Source: Clostridia bacterium
Lineage (GTDB): Bacteria > Bacillota > Clostridia > JAAYHZ01
Assembly (NCBI GenBank): GCA_050950825.1
Contig: JBMNIH010000001.1
Location: 32,001-96,000 of the forward strand
DNA length: 64,000 bases
Direction of reading: 5' to 3'
Shown: positions 63,790-64,000 of the stretch, one piece after another
Position numbering within the stretch: the stretch's first letter is position 1
How the letters are laid out: every line of letters begins with the position of its first letter
Translations under genes and position numbers: made by a program
The notes under the pieces: generated by a model
Told to the model about the DNA's origin: nothing
Databases searched by the model: none
What the model saw: only the letters and a program-made list of their open reading frames with translations

Positions 63790-64000
63790 AATAAATAAGC
63801 GGGTTTCAGGGTTTTGAGAATTTCAAAATTACTCGAAAAAATGCCCGTTTACACACTTTTTACACACATTGAAATACCGGGAAGCTTTTTGCCTCCCGGT
63901 CAAGATTTTTACATTAGTTTTAATTCTCTACTAGGGAAGCCAGCAGGTTGCCAACCTTGTCAGCGGCTTCCCTTTTCATTTTGGCCGTAACACTTGAGTA
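63790..64000. mobile_element. Left edge of a putative element integrated at the tRNA-Pro 3' end
   Basis: TTTACACAC direct repeats (63848, 63859), hairpin 63876-63900, convergent integrase-like C-terminus. Confidence 0.6.
63920..64000 (-). CDS. Tyrosine integrase, C-terminal 26 aa (partial)
   Basis: Minus strand reads YSSVTAKMKREAADKVGNLLASLVEN*, matching the Y-x-(H)-V...M...AA tail that follows the catalytic Tyr. Confidence 0.6.
   Translation of the reverse strand, partial: YSSVTAKMKREAADKVGNLLASLVEN

Noticed and set aside
63932-63973. GGGAAGCC...GGCTTCCC hairpin as an sRNA or terminator
   Set aside because: Lies inside the integrase-like coding tail; no independent support

Overview
A 64 kb chromosomal segment of a clostridial Firmicute. 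The 16S signatures resemble Acetivibrio/Thermoclostridium relatives, and GC-rich rRNA stems hint at a thermophile. Most genes lie on the minus strand. Housekeeping content: rimO-pgsA, rplS-lepB-ylqF-rnhB with an L19 leader, divergent fba and PPi-type pfk with a Rex-like box, a complete rRNA operon (16S-tRNA-Ile-23S-5S-tRNA-Asn), tRNA-Thr, tRNA-Pro, radical SAM TIGR03960/TIGR03936-rng-punA-ahcY-mtaD, and a polar amino-acid ABC transporter. Accessory content: two heparinase II/III-like proteins, an orphan sugar-binding lipoprotein, a creatininase/M24/glycosidase-like cluster, esterases and a TnrB-like ABC exporter. The best candidate for an undescribed system is a three-gene operon at 32783-35924. 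It encodes an alpha-oxoamine synthase with the cysteate-acyltransferase (SulA/CapB-type) FAK signature, a two-domain VOC protein and an SDR, i.e. a possible sulfonolipid/sphingoid-base pathway in a presumably monoderm clostridium. Other highlights are a nuclease-less homing-endonuclease-type Zn-ribbon protein with its own candidate operator, an intact ABC ATPase with every catalytic motif lost, and the edge of an element integrated at tRNA-Pro (integrase C-terminus at the window end). All family assignments come from motif recognition by eye; no database searches were run.
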